Positions 24,549 to 38,160 of a stretch of 64,000 nucleotides of DNA are shown here, piece after piece; positions within the stretch are counted from its first letter, which is position 1, and each line of letters opens with the position of its first letter. This stretch comes from Oculina patagonica (Eukaryota), in contig NC_135771.1 of NCBI RefSeq assembly GCF_052425735.1, positions 3,782,001 to 3,846,000 of the forward strand, in the 5' to 3' direction. The translations under genes and the position numbers were made by a program. The notes beneath the pieces are model-generated. The model saw only the letters and a program-made list of their open reading frames with translations. It had not been told where the DNA came from and ran no database searches.

Positions 24549-26746
24549 AAAGTAAAATCATATTTCATCCCCTTAATGAGAGCGATTGCACGGATGCTTC
24601 CAAGTTTTATTTTTTAAAATTCCGGTTATTCTCATCTAACTGGAAAAAAAAAAAAACGTACATCCGGTTTTAAGACCCCCTGGATGTAAGCCCCCTTCTG
24701 CTAGATAACAGTACTGAACAGGGCTAAAATGATGCAAATTTATTATGACTTTTTAACTTGAAAACGTATTTCGATCAACACTGCCGTGGCCCGTTTCGAA
24801 AAATTTTTTCTTCAAATTATGCTTACAACCCCTCCCCCCGGATATCAGCCCCTTCGTTCTTAAGCCCACCCTAGACCCCCTTACGAAGTTGTATAAGCTC
24901 AGTTAACTAGAATGAACAGTTTGCATTATGGAGGGAGGATGTTTTCAAGTGGCATACCGCGAAATATCCTACGAGTGACTTGATTTTTTAGTAAACGCAA
25001 GAGCTTTTAGGCGGGTATGTATACAAAGTATAATTAAGTCACAGATTAAATTCGTATGTTTGAAAAATGCCATTACTTCAGGCGCTAAGAAATTATTAAA
25101 GAATTATGCAGTGAATACAAGGTCTTTCTGCTACTAAACGATAATGGGGACCCCCTTTTCTTTAAAATTCTGCGTCAAAATTCGAGTTCCCCAGCCAGTA
25201 GGCAAAATTTGGCTGAAAATCTATGTGCAGTTCCATTTCGGGGAATCACCTTAAGTAGGTGCCTCCTTTAATGTATTCTTTTATTGTAAACGCTTAACGA
25301 TTAAACACTCTCTAATGCGTGAGCAAAGATCGAAGACCAGATTCTAAAATATTCACATGCGAGTGTTCAAAGTGTTCACAAAGCTGTTTTATTGAGAATT
25401 AAAACAGTTGTATTTTTCAAATTATCACCTTGTCATGACAGTTTTCGTAACTAAAAGGGCTGCTTAAAATATGTTAATTAGTTAAATTAAAAAACCAACA
25501 AACAAGAGAAAATTTCAGCATCTGTTATCTCAGCTTTTTTTAGTTTTCTTAGCAGAAAGCTTTAAGACGTCAAGAAAGTCACGGATACACTTTGTCTGTA
25601 GCGATCGGTAGACTGATTATTCGAGTAAGATTCGTCCGATCTGAGGGTAACTCTCACTGAATTTTCGGTGTCCACTTTCATCAGCGCGAAAAATATTGGC
25701 AAATAGCTATATAGCATATATAGAAGTGTACCCTCCCTCCTTCCCGTGGAAACACGAGCCAAAACTGAAAAAAAAAACTGAAAACTGAATGAAGTCTCTA
25801 AAAAGCACGCTTTTTGATGTGAAGAAGTCACGCAAGACGTATTCCTTCAAGATTGATTTCTTTGCGTCTTAGAATATATATCTTCGCTATTTATATCAAA
25901 TCTTGCCTTGTTTATTTTCGCGATACAGCTCCTTAGAACGTCGTTAACAATTTTCGTGATATGCCTTGAAACGTCTATGTCAATAATTGACAAAGTCAAC
26001 ACAAAACAATTGTCATATTCGCTATATCCCGTCAGGTTTAACCACGTATTTCGAGAATATTTATCGCTACTATCTTAGCAGAGACGCGAAAAGAGTTCGT
26101 TCAGGACAAAGAGAGGACATTTTCAGGTATGATATGGCTTTTTTTTGTAGTTTGGCAGATTATTTATAAGCTATGGTTATTGTGTTTCTCTTACAAGAGT
26201 TTCTTATTTGTGTGTAGCATTTTCCTCCTTTTCTCGTAGAAAAAGATGCTGATTTGTTTTTAGTTATTGATTCTTGTTCTTGGCTTGAATAATTTGAAGG
26301 GTTTTAAATGTAAACATAAGGAGCGTAAGAGAAAGCACCAATCCAACATTCTCGAAAAGATTTTGAAAATCTAATTTTACATGAAATTATATTGTTGGAA
26401 TTTTTGATAAAAAGACTTTAATCTGAAAAAAGAAAAAATTAGTGAGATTTTAGAGCCAATATATTAATGTCCTATCTTGGGCGTTGTTACAGATAACGAC
26501 GACATGGCTTGTATGGCACAACCTTGTCTCATGCATGTGTAGATACATTTAAAATACCAAAAAGCCAATTACAATATATTTTATCCATATGAAACGTTAA
26601 TAAATACATACATAAACTTTATTTAGGAGTCAAAGTCTTCTAGCATGCCTAAAAAGGCCAACTAATCGAGGACACTATTAAGACTATTAAATAACCCACG
26701 AGTACAATTATCTAGTTCTTCTATACGTGCTGTTACCAATTTTGCT

Positions 26747-28265
26747 GTGACATAGGATAAAAAGTGTGAATTCATAAGATCTATTCAGATATTTGCACCA
26801 TTGACTTGGTATAACATCTTGTTGGGCGAACAATACTTTAAAATTCAGACAGGAAAGTTACTTTTCGGAAATTAAAATTGTGATACGTGCTCTTATTTTG
26901 CTGTAGCAACTATATCCAGCGACGAAACAGTATTTCTGGACGGATATTCGACTCCTGTTTGACTGCTTTGAACAAGGACCCACTTCAGCAAACCATTTGG
27001 CCGTTTTAAGGCGTGACATTTTTCTTGAAAACATTTCAGAACAATGATGAACTAGATCATGAAATGTTATTTCTCAAAGTGAATTTTTTTTATGCACGAC
27101 ATGTTAATTCGCGCAGAGAGAGACGATAAAAAGTGTTATTCAAATCATATTTGCACCGTTGACTTGGTGTACGATATTGTTGGGTGGACAATAATAAATT
27201 CACACACTTGGGCTACCTTTCGAAAATAATTTGGAATGTTGAATTCTTAAGTAATATTCTTCTTTGATGCTTGTGAAAACTCTTACAGCATTCCTGCTCG
27301 ATATTTCTACCAGAGTCATTCTTATCGTAAAACCCTCTAATGTTTCATAGAGGGTATTTAGTGATGCAGCATCAAAATAAAGTTATGCTACAATATACCT
27401 GATTGAAGAAACGTTGACCCGTAAAAAGCTTAAACTATGAACGATAAGACCGAATGGGATTATGGGTAGAAATAATTATTCAGAATTTTTACACTTGTTT
27501 TTGTTGTTCTCTTGGTGTTTTTAGAATCTTTGTTCTCGATCAAAACTTTCAGTTCCTCTTCGGAAACGGAGGCGAATCGCTCAGCCATATTTTCAAAAGT
27601 TTGACAGCACTACACGGACGAGGGGCTTGGAAACTAGGCGGACTTTGAACTTGACATGATAACCCAATATCTGCTGCAGATATTGGGTTATCATGTCAAG
27701 TTCACATGTTACTGTATATTGACTGAATGCTCTTGACCAATCACATGTTTCAAAGTAATTCTAATGTATAATAATAAATGTTATTATCCCCAGTGACGTA
27801 AGGATAAAAGGTGTGAATGCATATAATCGATTCAGATATTTGCACCAATGACCTGGTATTAATACCATCTTGTTGGGCGAACAACACTTTAAAAGTCCTA
27901 CAGTAGGGTTACTTTTCGGAAATTAAACTTGTAGTGATAAATTTTTAAACAGCATCTTCTTGGATGGTTGTCAAAACTCTTACAGCATTGCTGCTTGGTA
28001 TTTCTAACAGAGTTATTATCTTATCGTAAAACCCTCTAGAGGGTATATAGTGATGAATCATCACGATAAAGTAAAGCTACAATATACACGTGTCGACATG
28101 CGTGGTTTATTTATGCACGAAATGTTATTAACGCCGGTGACATAGGATAAAAGATGTGAATTCATAACATCGATTCAGATATTTGCACCATTGCCCTGGT
28201 ATACCATCTTGTTGAGCGAACAATACTTTAAAATTCATACAGTAGGGTTACTTTTCGGAAATTAA
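26747..28265 (+). repeat. Degenerate tandem repeat, unit about 345 bp, four recognisable copies
   Basis: GGATAAAA..GTGAAT..TTCAGATATTTGCACC..TTGTTGGGCGAACAA..TTACTTTTCGGAAATTAA recurs at about 26747, 27125, 27793 and 28137. Confidence 0.8.
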
Positions 28266-31200
28266 GAGGCTCCGACTGAGAATATGAAGAATCGTTGGAC
28301 AGGCTGGGGAAATCGAAATCCTTGAAACTTTGCCTGAATAACACCTTTGGGGAACTATGTTCGAAAATATTATTCTCATCTTCTAGGAATTTATGGTTTT
28401 CGAGAAATTAAGAAAAAACGAAAATAACGGTTTTAGCTCATTAAATATGCAAAAAATATGCGTAAAAATGGCAAAGTTCTCGATATTCCTATAAGAGCAA
28501 TTTTCAATGCTCTGAATCGAAATAAACTTAGAATAATAGCTTGACCCTTCTTCTTTCAGGCAACATACACTTTTAATTTTTTCCGGCTATTTTGAGGATT
28601 CCGTCGCCTTTTAAAATATTGCTTTATCAAGCACTTCGGGAAAGGGCAAAAATTGAGAAACTTTGGAGGCCAAAAAAGCACCTTGATATGTCCGATATCG
28701 AGTCAAACTAAACACTGTGCAAAAGCGCAATGTCTCTTCTGTTATAATATCAAATAAAAAATCTGGGTACTCAAGATTCACACAAATGAGAAACGAAAGT
28801 TTACGACCTCCTCGTGTCTAATTTGCATAAAGCTAATTTTGAATTCGTCCTCCGCTAAGTGATCTGGTCCGCTAAATTTAAATTTGGGAGCTATGATTTG
28901 CACAAAGAAAGCAAGTTTAAACTTTATTTGATTTTGTTGACGTCTTCTGCCTATCAACAGGTTATATAGACGCGAAGAAAGAAGAAAAAACAGTAAAATT
29001 ATCGACTGAGCTCATTGCGTGACCTGCGTCACGTTATGAATTTTCTTGTCAACAATTGAATTTGATTTGTTTGTTAGGACTCAGTTGCATTTTAAATTTA
29101 AGATTAAAGAATGAGATAATAATATCATTCACTTACCTGAAATTGGGAATGATTTGTACCTTTTATTTACTCTGGCGGGTAACTCACGTCAAAGCCGTAA
29201 CTTGCGTAGTATTATTAATTTGGAAATTGACTTCATTTATAAACATAAACGTACATAAATATTACGAACATATATCGCTGTTAGTTTCCGTTCAGTTGTC
29301 ATTTATAATGGAAATAAAATACGAAAAGTTTCTCATCTTGTTTTAAAACAACTATATAAAAGGTTTCGATCGTGCAAAAACCATTCATTTATTTATTCAG
29401 ATGCACATCACAAAATTAAATTAATTTATAATTCTATTTAAAGAGACCGAACACGTACACAGCGACAGAACTCGGCGCCAGGACATTTAACACAAAGCAC
29501 AAAATTATTCGGCTGAAATTTAAAAATAGAATGACCCTTTACAGTTGTGCCTCTCTTGTTGGTGGGGCTTGGAGTCCAAGCCCAGAAAATCCAGAATTTT
29601 TCCAGTTTGTAAATTACCATGCAAAAGCACACTTCAAATTTTGTTACATCTTGTCTGACAGATACTGAAAGCATCGATAGCGAAGGAAAATTGTTAGTTG
29701 CCCGTACAGGTAAGGTAATTGTTTTTTCTTTGAACCACATCTATGTTTGGGTAACTGAATTAATACAAGCTTAACTATCCAATACCTTGGGATTTTTGTA
29801 GCGCAAGAATGCCAAGAACATATGACAGTTTGTCATAAATACAAGAACACGCTCTTTCGCTGGCGGACTGGAGAGCAAGATGTTCTATACCAATGGAAAT
29901 TGCGAGCCACAAGCCTTCTTGCACTCGGGAGGATCGCGGAATAGCAAGCAACCCTGCTCTGTTTTACAAGAGACGGGTATAGTTTGAGCTAGATCACATA
30001 AGCATTAACTTTCTGTTACTTAATTTTGGTTTAAGCCCACAGTAACAACTTCTAAGTAAAAATTTAATGAATAATAGTCTACATGATTACTATAGTATTT
30101 CCTAGACTTTGAAGTTAAAACCCTTTCTTTAATGTTGTAAATTTGATATTGGTTTTAAGTTATAAAATGACAGTTGACCTTACCCTACTAGCCTTCAGAA
30201 CAAGCGCTTGCTGTTGGGCACTTTTAAAAAAGCCCAACAATACCGCAGGTTAATCAAAGTTTTGCGGTTTCGCGACGTCTCGGGTTTCAAGTTACAAGCA
30301 GTCTCTTTAATCTAATTTTGTGATGTACATCTGAATGAATGAATGGATTTTGCACGATCGAAACCTTTTATATAGTTGTTTTAAAACAAGATGAGAAACT
30401 TTTCGTATTTTATTTCCATTGATGACAACTGAACGGATCTAACAGCGATATATGTCCATCATAGTTTTAATAATTATTTACGTTTATGTTCGTAAAAAGT
30501 AAACTTCCAAATTAATAATAACTACACGATTTATATTTTTGACGTAAGTTATGCGAGTTAATAAAATATACAAATCATTCCTAATTTCAGCTAAGTGAAT
30601 GATATTATTATCTTAATCTTTATTCTTAAATTAGAAATGTAAGAGTCCTAACAAACAAATCTTTCCTCCGATCTTTTTAATTCAATTATTGACAAGAAAA
30701 TTCATACCGTGACGCAGGTCACGCAATGAGCTCAGTCGATAATTTTACTGTTTTTTCTTCTTTCTTCGCGTCTATATAACCTGTTGATAGGCAGAAGACG
30801 TCAACAAAATCAAATAAAGTTTAAACTTGCTTTATTTGTGCAAATCATAGCTCCCAAATTTAAATTTAGCGGACCAGATCACTTAGCGGAGAACGAATTC
30901 AAAAATTAGCTTTATGCAAATTAGACACGAGGAGGTCGTAAACTTTCGTTTCTCATTTGTGTGAATCTTGAGTACCCAGATTTTTTATTTGATATTATAA
31001 CAGAAGAGACATTGTGCTTTTGCACAGTGTTTAGTTTGACTCGATATCGGACATATCAAGGTGCTTTTTTGGCCTCCAAAGTTTCTCAATTTTTGCCCTT
31101 TCCCGAAGTGCTTGATAAAGCAATATTTTAAAAGGCGAAGGAAACCTCAAAATAGCCGGAAAAAATTGAAAGTTTATGTTGCCTGGTAGAAGAAAGGCCA

Positions 31201-31298
31201 AGCTATTATTTTAAGTTTATTTTGATTCAAAGCATTGAAAATTGCTCTTATAGGAATATCGAGAACTTTGCCATTTTTACGCATATTTTTTGCATATT
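28266..31298. mobile_element. Long foldback element (Sola3-like: TTAA-GAG start, inverted arms of about 1 kb), right tip deleted
   Basis: 28444-29424 is the reverse complement of 30307-31298; left end TTAA|GAGGCTCC. Confidence 0.75.
29442..30306. mobile_element. Kolobok-like insertion at the centre of the foldback
   Basis: TTAA-AGAGAC...GTCTCT-TTAA. Confidence 0.6.
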
Positions 31299-34055
31299 CA
31301 TAAGTGAAACCCTTTATTAGTCCATGGAGGTATATAGCGATGCACCTCCCTCCCCCTGGAAAAATCCAATTCCTTCATCCCCAGAATTATAGTCGCCCCC
31401 TTTACTGATTAACATTATGCTTTAAAAAAGTAATATAAGTAATATAAGTGCGAAAAATAGTACATAGGGAGTACCGACATACTGAAACTTTTTATGACAC
31501 GATGTCTAAGCTCCACTATATTGTGCCCCCAGAGATAATCAGCTCCCGGGTATAGTTCCCCACGGGTACTGCAGATAGTGGTGGGATATTTTTTTTTATT
31601 TTTACGATAAAGTACAGTGAATCTTTTTGGTGAAACTAATTTAAAGTACGGTATTTTGAATTTTGTCACGGTATTTTGAAGCGAAGATCAAAATAACAGT
31701 TTCCTTACAGAAAAACACAAAAGGAGTAATAAAGCCCCTAAAATAAACAAGGATGGTTTCAACTGACGAAGGTAAAGACAGATTACGAACGACAAACTTG
31801 AAAACAATTGCCAAGTTTTTTAAGTTGCGTTGTCTATGACGTAGCTCCTTCAAGTAATCACTTATGTTACTGGCGGACTGTCAAATGACTTTCATTTTAT
31901 TGGCTGATAAAGCAATAAAGCACACGGCCGCTGTTGTGTTATTCCATTACTTCGAGAGCGCCCTGCAGCGATAAAGAACACAGATACAGTTTGGGTAAGT
32001 TGAAAGTATTAGTTTTTGCCTTACACTCGATCCGTTCACTAGAAATCGAGCAACATTAACTTAAGTTGAACAAAAATCGAGTACCAGAGTAATTTGAATC
32101 CTATTGCGTTATTTTCTACCCTTTTTTCAAAACTAAAGACGTAAGTAATTATCCGTGATAACACCAACAACAATTTTATATCAGAGCCTGAGAAAATGAA
32201 TTTCAAAGTTCACAAGAACCATGTAAACTATAGGTGAAATCTCACGAAGTGTAGCTATTTTGAAACTTCGAAATTGTTTTCGATGTTTGGTGATGTAAGA
32301 AATGATTTCTTTAATTTTGATAAGGTATTTGAAACAGTAACACGGAAGTTTGTAAAAAGATGTAAATAATATTGGTACATAATTTTGGTGCCATTAATAT
32401 TCGAAGTCCTGGCGGATTCCGTCCTAATTTCAAAAGAAGAATTTTATTTCAGCAGTCTCATTGGCTTTAAAGAGCTTTGTGACGGGAATTTTGCGGATTT
32501 TTGGTCTAAATTGTTGTAAAATTAGTGGTAGGCACCTTAATTAAACATTATCTTCGAAAATCAAAAGTAATATATAACCTTAGCGGATAGAAATCAAGCT
32601 ACGGCTATATAATATCGATATTTCGAAGACGCGCGGAAACAACTTGAAAGACTTGAAAACGTTTGCCGAACTATTTCAATTTGCAATCCGTTTCCATCTG
32701 AGCCATCCGCAGCCAAAGATGCTCGTTAACAGTTAACAGTGCTCTAATATAGCAATTTTTAATAGAAAAAATAGACCATTAGTTTTAGGTTTCCTGCAAC
32801 ACGAATACAACTTTTGGCGGTTCAAAAATCAGTTAAAATCCGTGACATGATAAACCACAGCATTTGTTTTACTGAATAGTAACATTTAAATTGTGCTTCG
32901 AATTAGCAAGAGATTTTGGAATTGCAAATACAATACCGGCCAGAAAAAATAAATTTTAAAACCATAATAAATATACAACTTCACTAGCTTTCAGTACCAC
33001 AATAGTCTTATTAAACACTAAACTAAACAGGCCTTGACAAAGGAATTAATTTAAAAAAGACTCATTATCTCGCTTCGTGAAAGCGTCTGGGTGTGTCCCT
33101 TATCAAAAAATCTGTAGTGCATATAGTTTCGTGCCAGAAAACATGCGTTACAAATTTAAGGAAAACTATGGTTGTTGTCGGTCTTAAGCTCGCCATTATC
33201 TTAGTTTTTTTTTGTGTGTATTGTTTTTAACATTTTCCCTATCCGTCATTATTTTGTGTTTTAGTTTCAGTTATTGTTTCTCTGTTGATTTTGTAGTTGT
33301 TTCTTCCCATGACAAGCTTACACCTACCAATACAGGCCTTCGATACAATATTTATACACTTAACTACAAGAGAACAAACTACCCAAGAGGTCAATATGTA
33401 GTGGTGTTTTTCTAGCTGACTTATGAAGCAAAATGCACGAAATATGCATATTAGTGAGGTCGAATATACGAAACTTAAATATATCGCCACAGAATTAACA
33501 AGATTTATATTTCACACGTTTTCATGTATATATTTTTCTTGTCCATTGCTTCTCTCTTAAGGTGAATATTTTGTATTGCAATCGTGGGACTTAACTGTAT
33601 ACTTTCTCACAAAAATGGAAAAATCATGCAAGGGCGTAGAAGGAGGATCCTGGGGTACCTGTGACACACCCTTTTTTGTGAGATAATATTTTAAAGCAAC
33701 AATATTCAAAGCTTATAATTCAGGTGGTGAAAACGCGCGAATCCGAAGTACAACATTGCATCTATGTAAATCTTTCTTTACCAGTGCTAAATACTATATT
33801 TATGCAGCTTTTTTACAGGGTTGTCCTTTCTCACACGCTCAATATCTGCTCATCCGAAAAATGTTACCTTTAGGAAAACACAGTGTGGATGTCGACATGA
33901 CCATCAAACTTTGGATGTGACAGAGTGTGCCCCTCCCCCCTTTGAAAAATCCTAGCCACGCCCCTGACACGAGGGATGTTTGAGTAACAGCTGATTTCCT
34001 GATTTTCATTACAGATTCAGTTTAACTGCACAACAGGTCCAAGTCACATCTAAAG

Positions 34056-34312
34056 ATGTTGCGTTTGTTGGCGTTTTGTCTCGTTGCAGTGCTATTTGGT
34101 AGCACAGGTAAGAAAAATATAATTATTTTGAGATTGTTTTGACGTCTGTTCAATTTTTTTATGTTCCCGTCCACTATAACAGCCTAAACTCTGCAGTTTT
34201 AACTCACATCGATTTCCAAACAGCTTCCAAACATTCAAGTTAGGATAAATAGATAAAAATAATGATTATAATAATGGTAATGATAATAATAACATTTATA
34301 GTAATTTAACAT

Positions 34313-34349
<37 letters not shown>

Positions 34350-37107
34350 TAGTAAGCCTTTATTTCAATAGGATGACTCCATCAGCTTTTACAATAAAAA
34401 CTGTTAAAAAGTCGCCAAAAGCCTTACAGTGTACCTGAAATGGAAGTTAAAAATATTAAAACATATAAGAATAATAAGATTTAAGCTAAAATTATGTTGC
34501 ATGTGTATAAAATCGAAAGATTTAAAAATTATATATTATTTTGAAAACAGGTATAAATTTGGCAACCGGTATAATAACAGAGAATTTACACTTAAATCTA
34601 CAATTTAAAAGCAGTTTAAAAATTAAAAACTTTTAATCAATGTATGAAAGACGACGTCAGCATACCCGCAAATCTTCAAAACTACATTCATAAGAGATCT
34701 TTGGCAATCTGCAAAGAAACTTCAACTTTTCGGTACACCAAATTGGAAAAAAGGATACTCCCATTTTCCTCCGTGAACAAATCAATTCTTTTTTAACTTC
34801 GTATCCCATTAAAAATAAAATCTATTCAACAAATCAACAAAGATCACTTTAAAATTAATTTCTGTGGGGTGGAGGTGGGTATAAATCCCATTTTCCCAGC
34901 CCAAGTTTTGCCCAAATACCATTTCACTGCCTATGTTTTCTCAATTTGTTTTCTGTGATTCCCATTTCCAGTGACCAAATTCCAGTCCCACTGACCCAAA
35001 TCCCATTTTTACAATGAAAATTTACCAAATTCCCAGTTCCCGTTTTACCCCTTCAGGCCCCTCTCTGTAACATTCTCTGTATTTTCAGAGGGATATTTTC
35101 GCCGAGTTTGTGAAAATCAGGCGATGTCAATTAACTGCGGTCCAAGGGTTATCAACATCCTGAGCGCATCGTATGGACGCACTCGTCAGGGAGTTTGTGG
35201 AAATGGAAGAACCACGTACTGCCATTCCGGTACTTCAATGAGGGTAGCCATGCGAGAGTGCAATGGGCTGCATAGGTGCGTTCTGTACGCTAGAAACTCA
35301 GAATTTGGAGACCCGTGTCGTGGCACCGTTAAATACCTTGAGGTGAGTTCAAGATTGAAGTATTAAGAGCGGTTTTTTTGGTTAGTTTGAGCCACCATTC
35401 GCGGCACTGTGACACCAAACAAAAATACTTATTCTCTGAATCACACGGAAACTAACAATAGCAACCTTAAGGTATATTATTATGTAGCAAACTTTAATTT
35501 AACATTTTTATGTAAGCTTATGTTATCACCTCCCTCTTTCCTTATTCCTAAAGTGAATATTGAGAATTTCTTACAGAAAGGCAGTCAAACTTTGTCGATG
35601 TTGGATTGATCAATAGTAACTCTTGGTGCAGCAGTCTTGTTTTGGCGCGAATATTTTTTGGCGCGAAAATAAAAAATAAACGTGTTCAGTCAATTTAACG
35701 CGCACTTACAACAAAACAAAAGCAAAGCTAAAGCAAACAAACTTGAAAATAAAAGGTGCTCTATACAACCAAAATCATAAAATTTAGATGTTAAATAACC
35801 TGTGATCAGGCGAATTTTTGCTTCTCTTTACGTTGTTGTGAAAAAAATAATTATGCTCTATTTTTGGCGCAACGCGACATACAGTGATACAGAGGAATTG
35901 ACCGCAGTGAGAAAAAGTTTGAAATGGGGAAATTCGGACTTGAATTGTCAGCGCCATTTTCAAAGCAATTTTTTTTCGTTTGGGGCGGAATAGCCTGCAA
36001 AGCAGGCGTATTTAGTGAGCATATTCGAATGCATTTTGATCGGGCGCCATCTTGGATTCTTACTCGGGAGAGGACGGAATGAATTCCCGCGAAAAAAAAA
36101 ATAAAACTGCATGAACATTTGACAAACAAGTTGCGCTTATTGTATCATTCATTGCCTAGGTGTCGTACAATTGTGTGGTCTCATCCAGTCCAGAATACCT
36201 GCTGCGGATCTGCGAGGGTCGCTCACATGCAATCCATTGTTATGGCGGCAAAAGAATCTTCATCATTTCGGCGATCTACGGCCGTTTGACTGGTGGACAT
36301 ATCTGTGGTGGCCCGGTACGAACCACATACTGCGGTGCTCCGCATTCGCTGACTAAAGTGAGGGGGTATTGCCATGGAAGGCCGTCTTGTGTCTTGCAGT
36401 CCAAAAACAGCGTCTTTGGCGATCCTTGCCGTGGCACAAAAAAGTATATAGAGGTAAGATCTTTCAATCCAACGGTTTTTTTTAATATTATTGCATGTTT
36501 TTTTCCTAACGGATTGTCATTAACTGAGAATTTGCTGTTTTTCGCCCTTTATCTTGTTCTAAGACCCCTGTCCCCTACCCCGAATGTAAGCTCCCATCCC
36601 CCCTCAAAAGAAAAGGATGTAAGCGCGCCCCCTCCCCAGAAAAAAAATTTAAGCGCTCCTCTGTTGTAACCGAAGGGTAACTAGTGCTTTTTACCAAGAT
36701 TTCTTTTCTTTGGAGAGATTAAAAAGGAAAAATAACGTATTAAAATGCTCTATAACCCCCCCCTCCCCCCTGGTGGGCTTATTTCTTTTTCGTACCATTG
36801 GGAGCGGATTTATTAGAGACAGGGGGCTTTTTTCAAATCGTACATCAGTTAAAGTACACATAACAGAAATAAAGTGGACTCTTCAATGTTTTAGTGCTTT
36901 TGATAACATATTTTCATAAAATAGCAACAAAAATAAGTAAAGGGGGCTTATTAAAAAAAATTGAACTTCGAGACGGGATTCGTATTAACCGGGGGGGGGG
37001 GGTTAATATCATTTTACAGTATTTCCTCGCGCGAAGAATTAAAATAAATTAAAACTAATTGTCCAATTTCTGTCATTTTGTAACAGGTTAGATACAGATG
37101 CTACTAA
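34056..37107 (+). CDS. Secreted two-domain SUEL/rhamnose-binding lectin, paralog 3 (basic); coding exons 34056-34107, 35089-35342, 36160-36453, 37087-37107
   Basis: MLRLLAFCLVAVLFGST signal exon; two complete 8-Cys domains with YGR, DPC and KYL/KYI; last exon VRYRCY*; canonical splice sites. Confidence 0.92.
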
Positions 37108-37438
37108 CCCGACATGGTCTGCAGTGCGTCAAAAAACAAGAAGTTTAGTAAAAAGAAAAATGATCAAATGTAGTTTGTAGAGTTTCCTTGAAGAGATCAT
37201 TAAACTTCTTTTTGACGCTAGTTTGTCTCCTTTACTCAATTTTTTTGGGCTTATTATTAATTCTTCAACCCGAACGTGAAATATCTCTTTTAATGGTAGA
37301 TCTGAGAAATTTGTGCTCATCATAAACACAAGTTCTCCAAATTAATGATTCTCTTCGCCAGCTTTCTTGACAAACAGAAGTAAGATCTTTCATCCTGAAT
37401 GAGAAAGACTACACGAGAGGGCGTTTTGAATGATTTAA

Positions 37439-37715
37439 GTAGCAATGGCGTAGTGGTTAGAGCACTTGCTTCCCACCAGTGTGGCCCGGGTTCAAATCCC
37501 GGATCCGGCATCATATATATACGCAGGTTGAGTTTGTTGTTGGTCAGTCGTACGTGCTTCGAAGGTTTTTCTTCGGGTTGTCCGGTTTTCCTTTCTTCAC
37601 AAAACGCACTGAACACTGCCAAATTCCAATTCGATCTGGAAGCAGTGGACGAATAGCCCGACACTCCGTGGAAATGCCTCTGATAATTCTTACTCCCAGT
37701 TATCTATTTATTTAA
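37439..37715 (+). mobile_element. tRNA-derived SINE (V-SINE-like central domain)
   Basis: A box TGGCGTAGTGG, B box GGTTCAAATCC, CGGG..TCCGGTTTTCCT domain, TATT tail. Confidence 0.8.
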
Positions 37716-37750
37716 ACCATTGGAGGGGTTGTTAGCCCTTCAAGCTTTAC

Positions 37751-37939
37751 GCCAGAGCTCCGTCTGTTTACCCAGTCACGAGACCGGGCTACCCAGGGTG
37801 CACCACGAGGAGGTGGAGCTGGCTTGGGGCGAGAGAGGCGATTAGACAGTCCAGGACTTACGGAATGCCCAGAAAGTCAAACGAACTGTGAGCGAACCCA
37901 CAGCTCGCAAAGTTGCGCGTCATCGCCCCCTTGCACCCC
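37751..37939 (-). ncRNA. HDV-like self-cleaving ribozyme (predicted)
   Basis: P1 GGGGUGC/GCACCCU, P2 AGCUCC/GGAGCU, P3 ACC/GGU, L3 UCCUCGU, P1.1 CC/GG, P4 GCCCGGUC-UCGU-GACUGGGU, J4/2 ACAGAC. Confidence 0.88.
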
Positions 37940-38160
37940 ATGAAAATTAGAACCAGAGTTTGAATTCTCGCCTTCTCTCTTTGTTGAGCGTTTGGCCCGG
38001 GCTTAACAATTTGTTGCTGTTGTTATCAGCAATAAAAAGGCTGCCAAGGAATGAAATGTCGAGTTAGGTTTTTTGGACTTACGCGTGTGCAGATTGATAA
38101 GGGCACGTTGAATGGGTAACTTTATTTAGTAATCAAATATGTTTAATGACTGACAATTAT

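Noticed and set aside
25650-25692. Minus-strand CUGAUGA..GAAA hammerhead-like string
   Set aside because: Stem II has only a 2-nt loop and stem I closes on a mismatch; at best a decayed relic.
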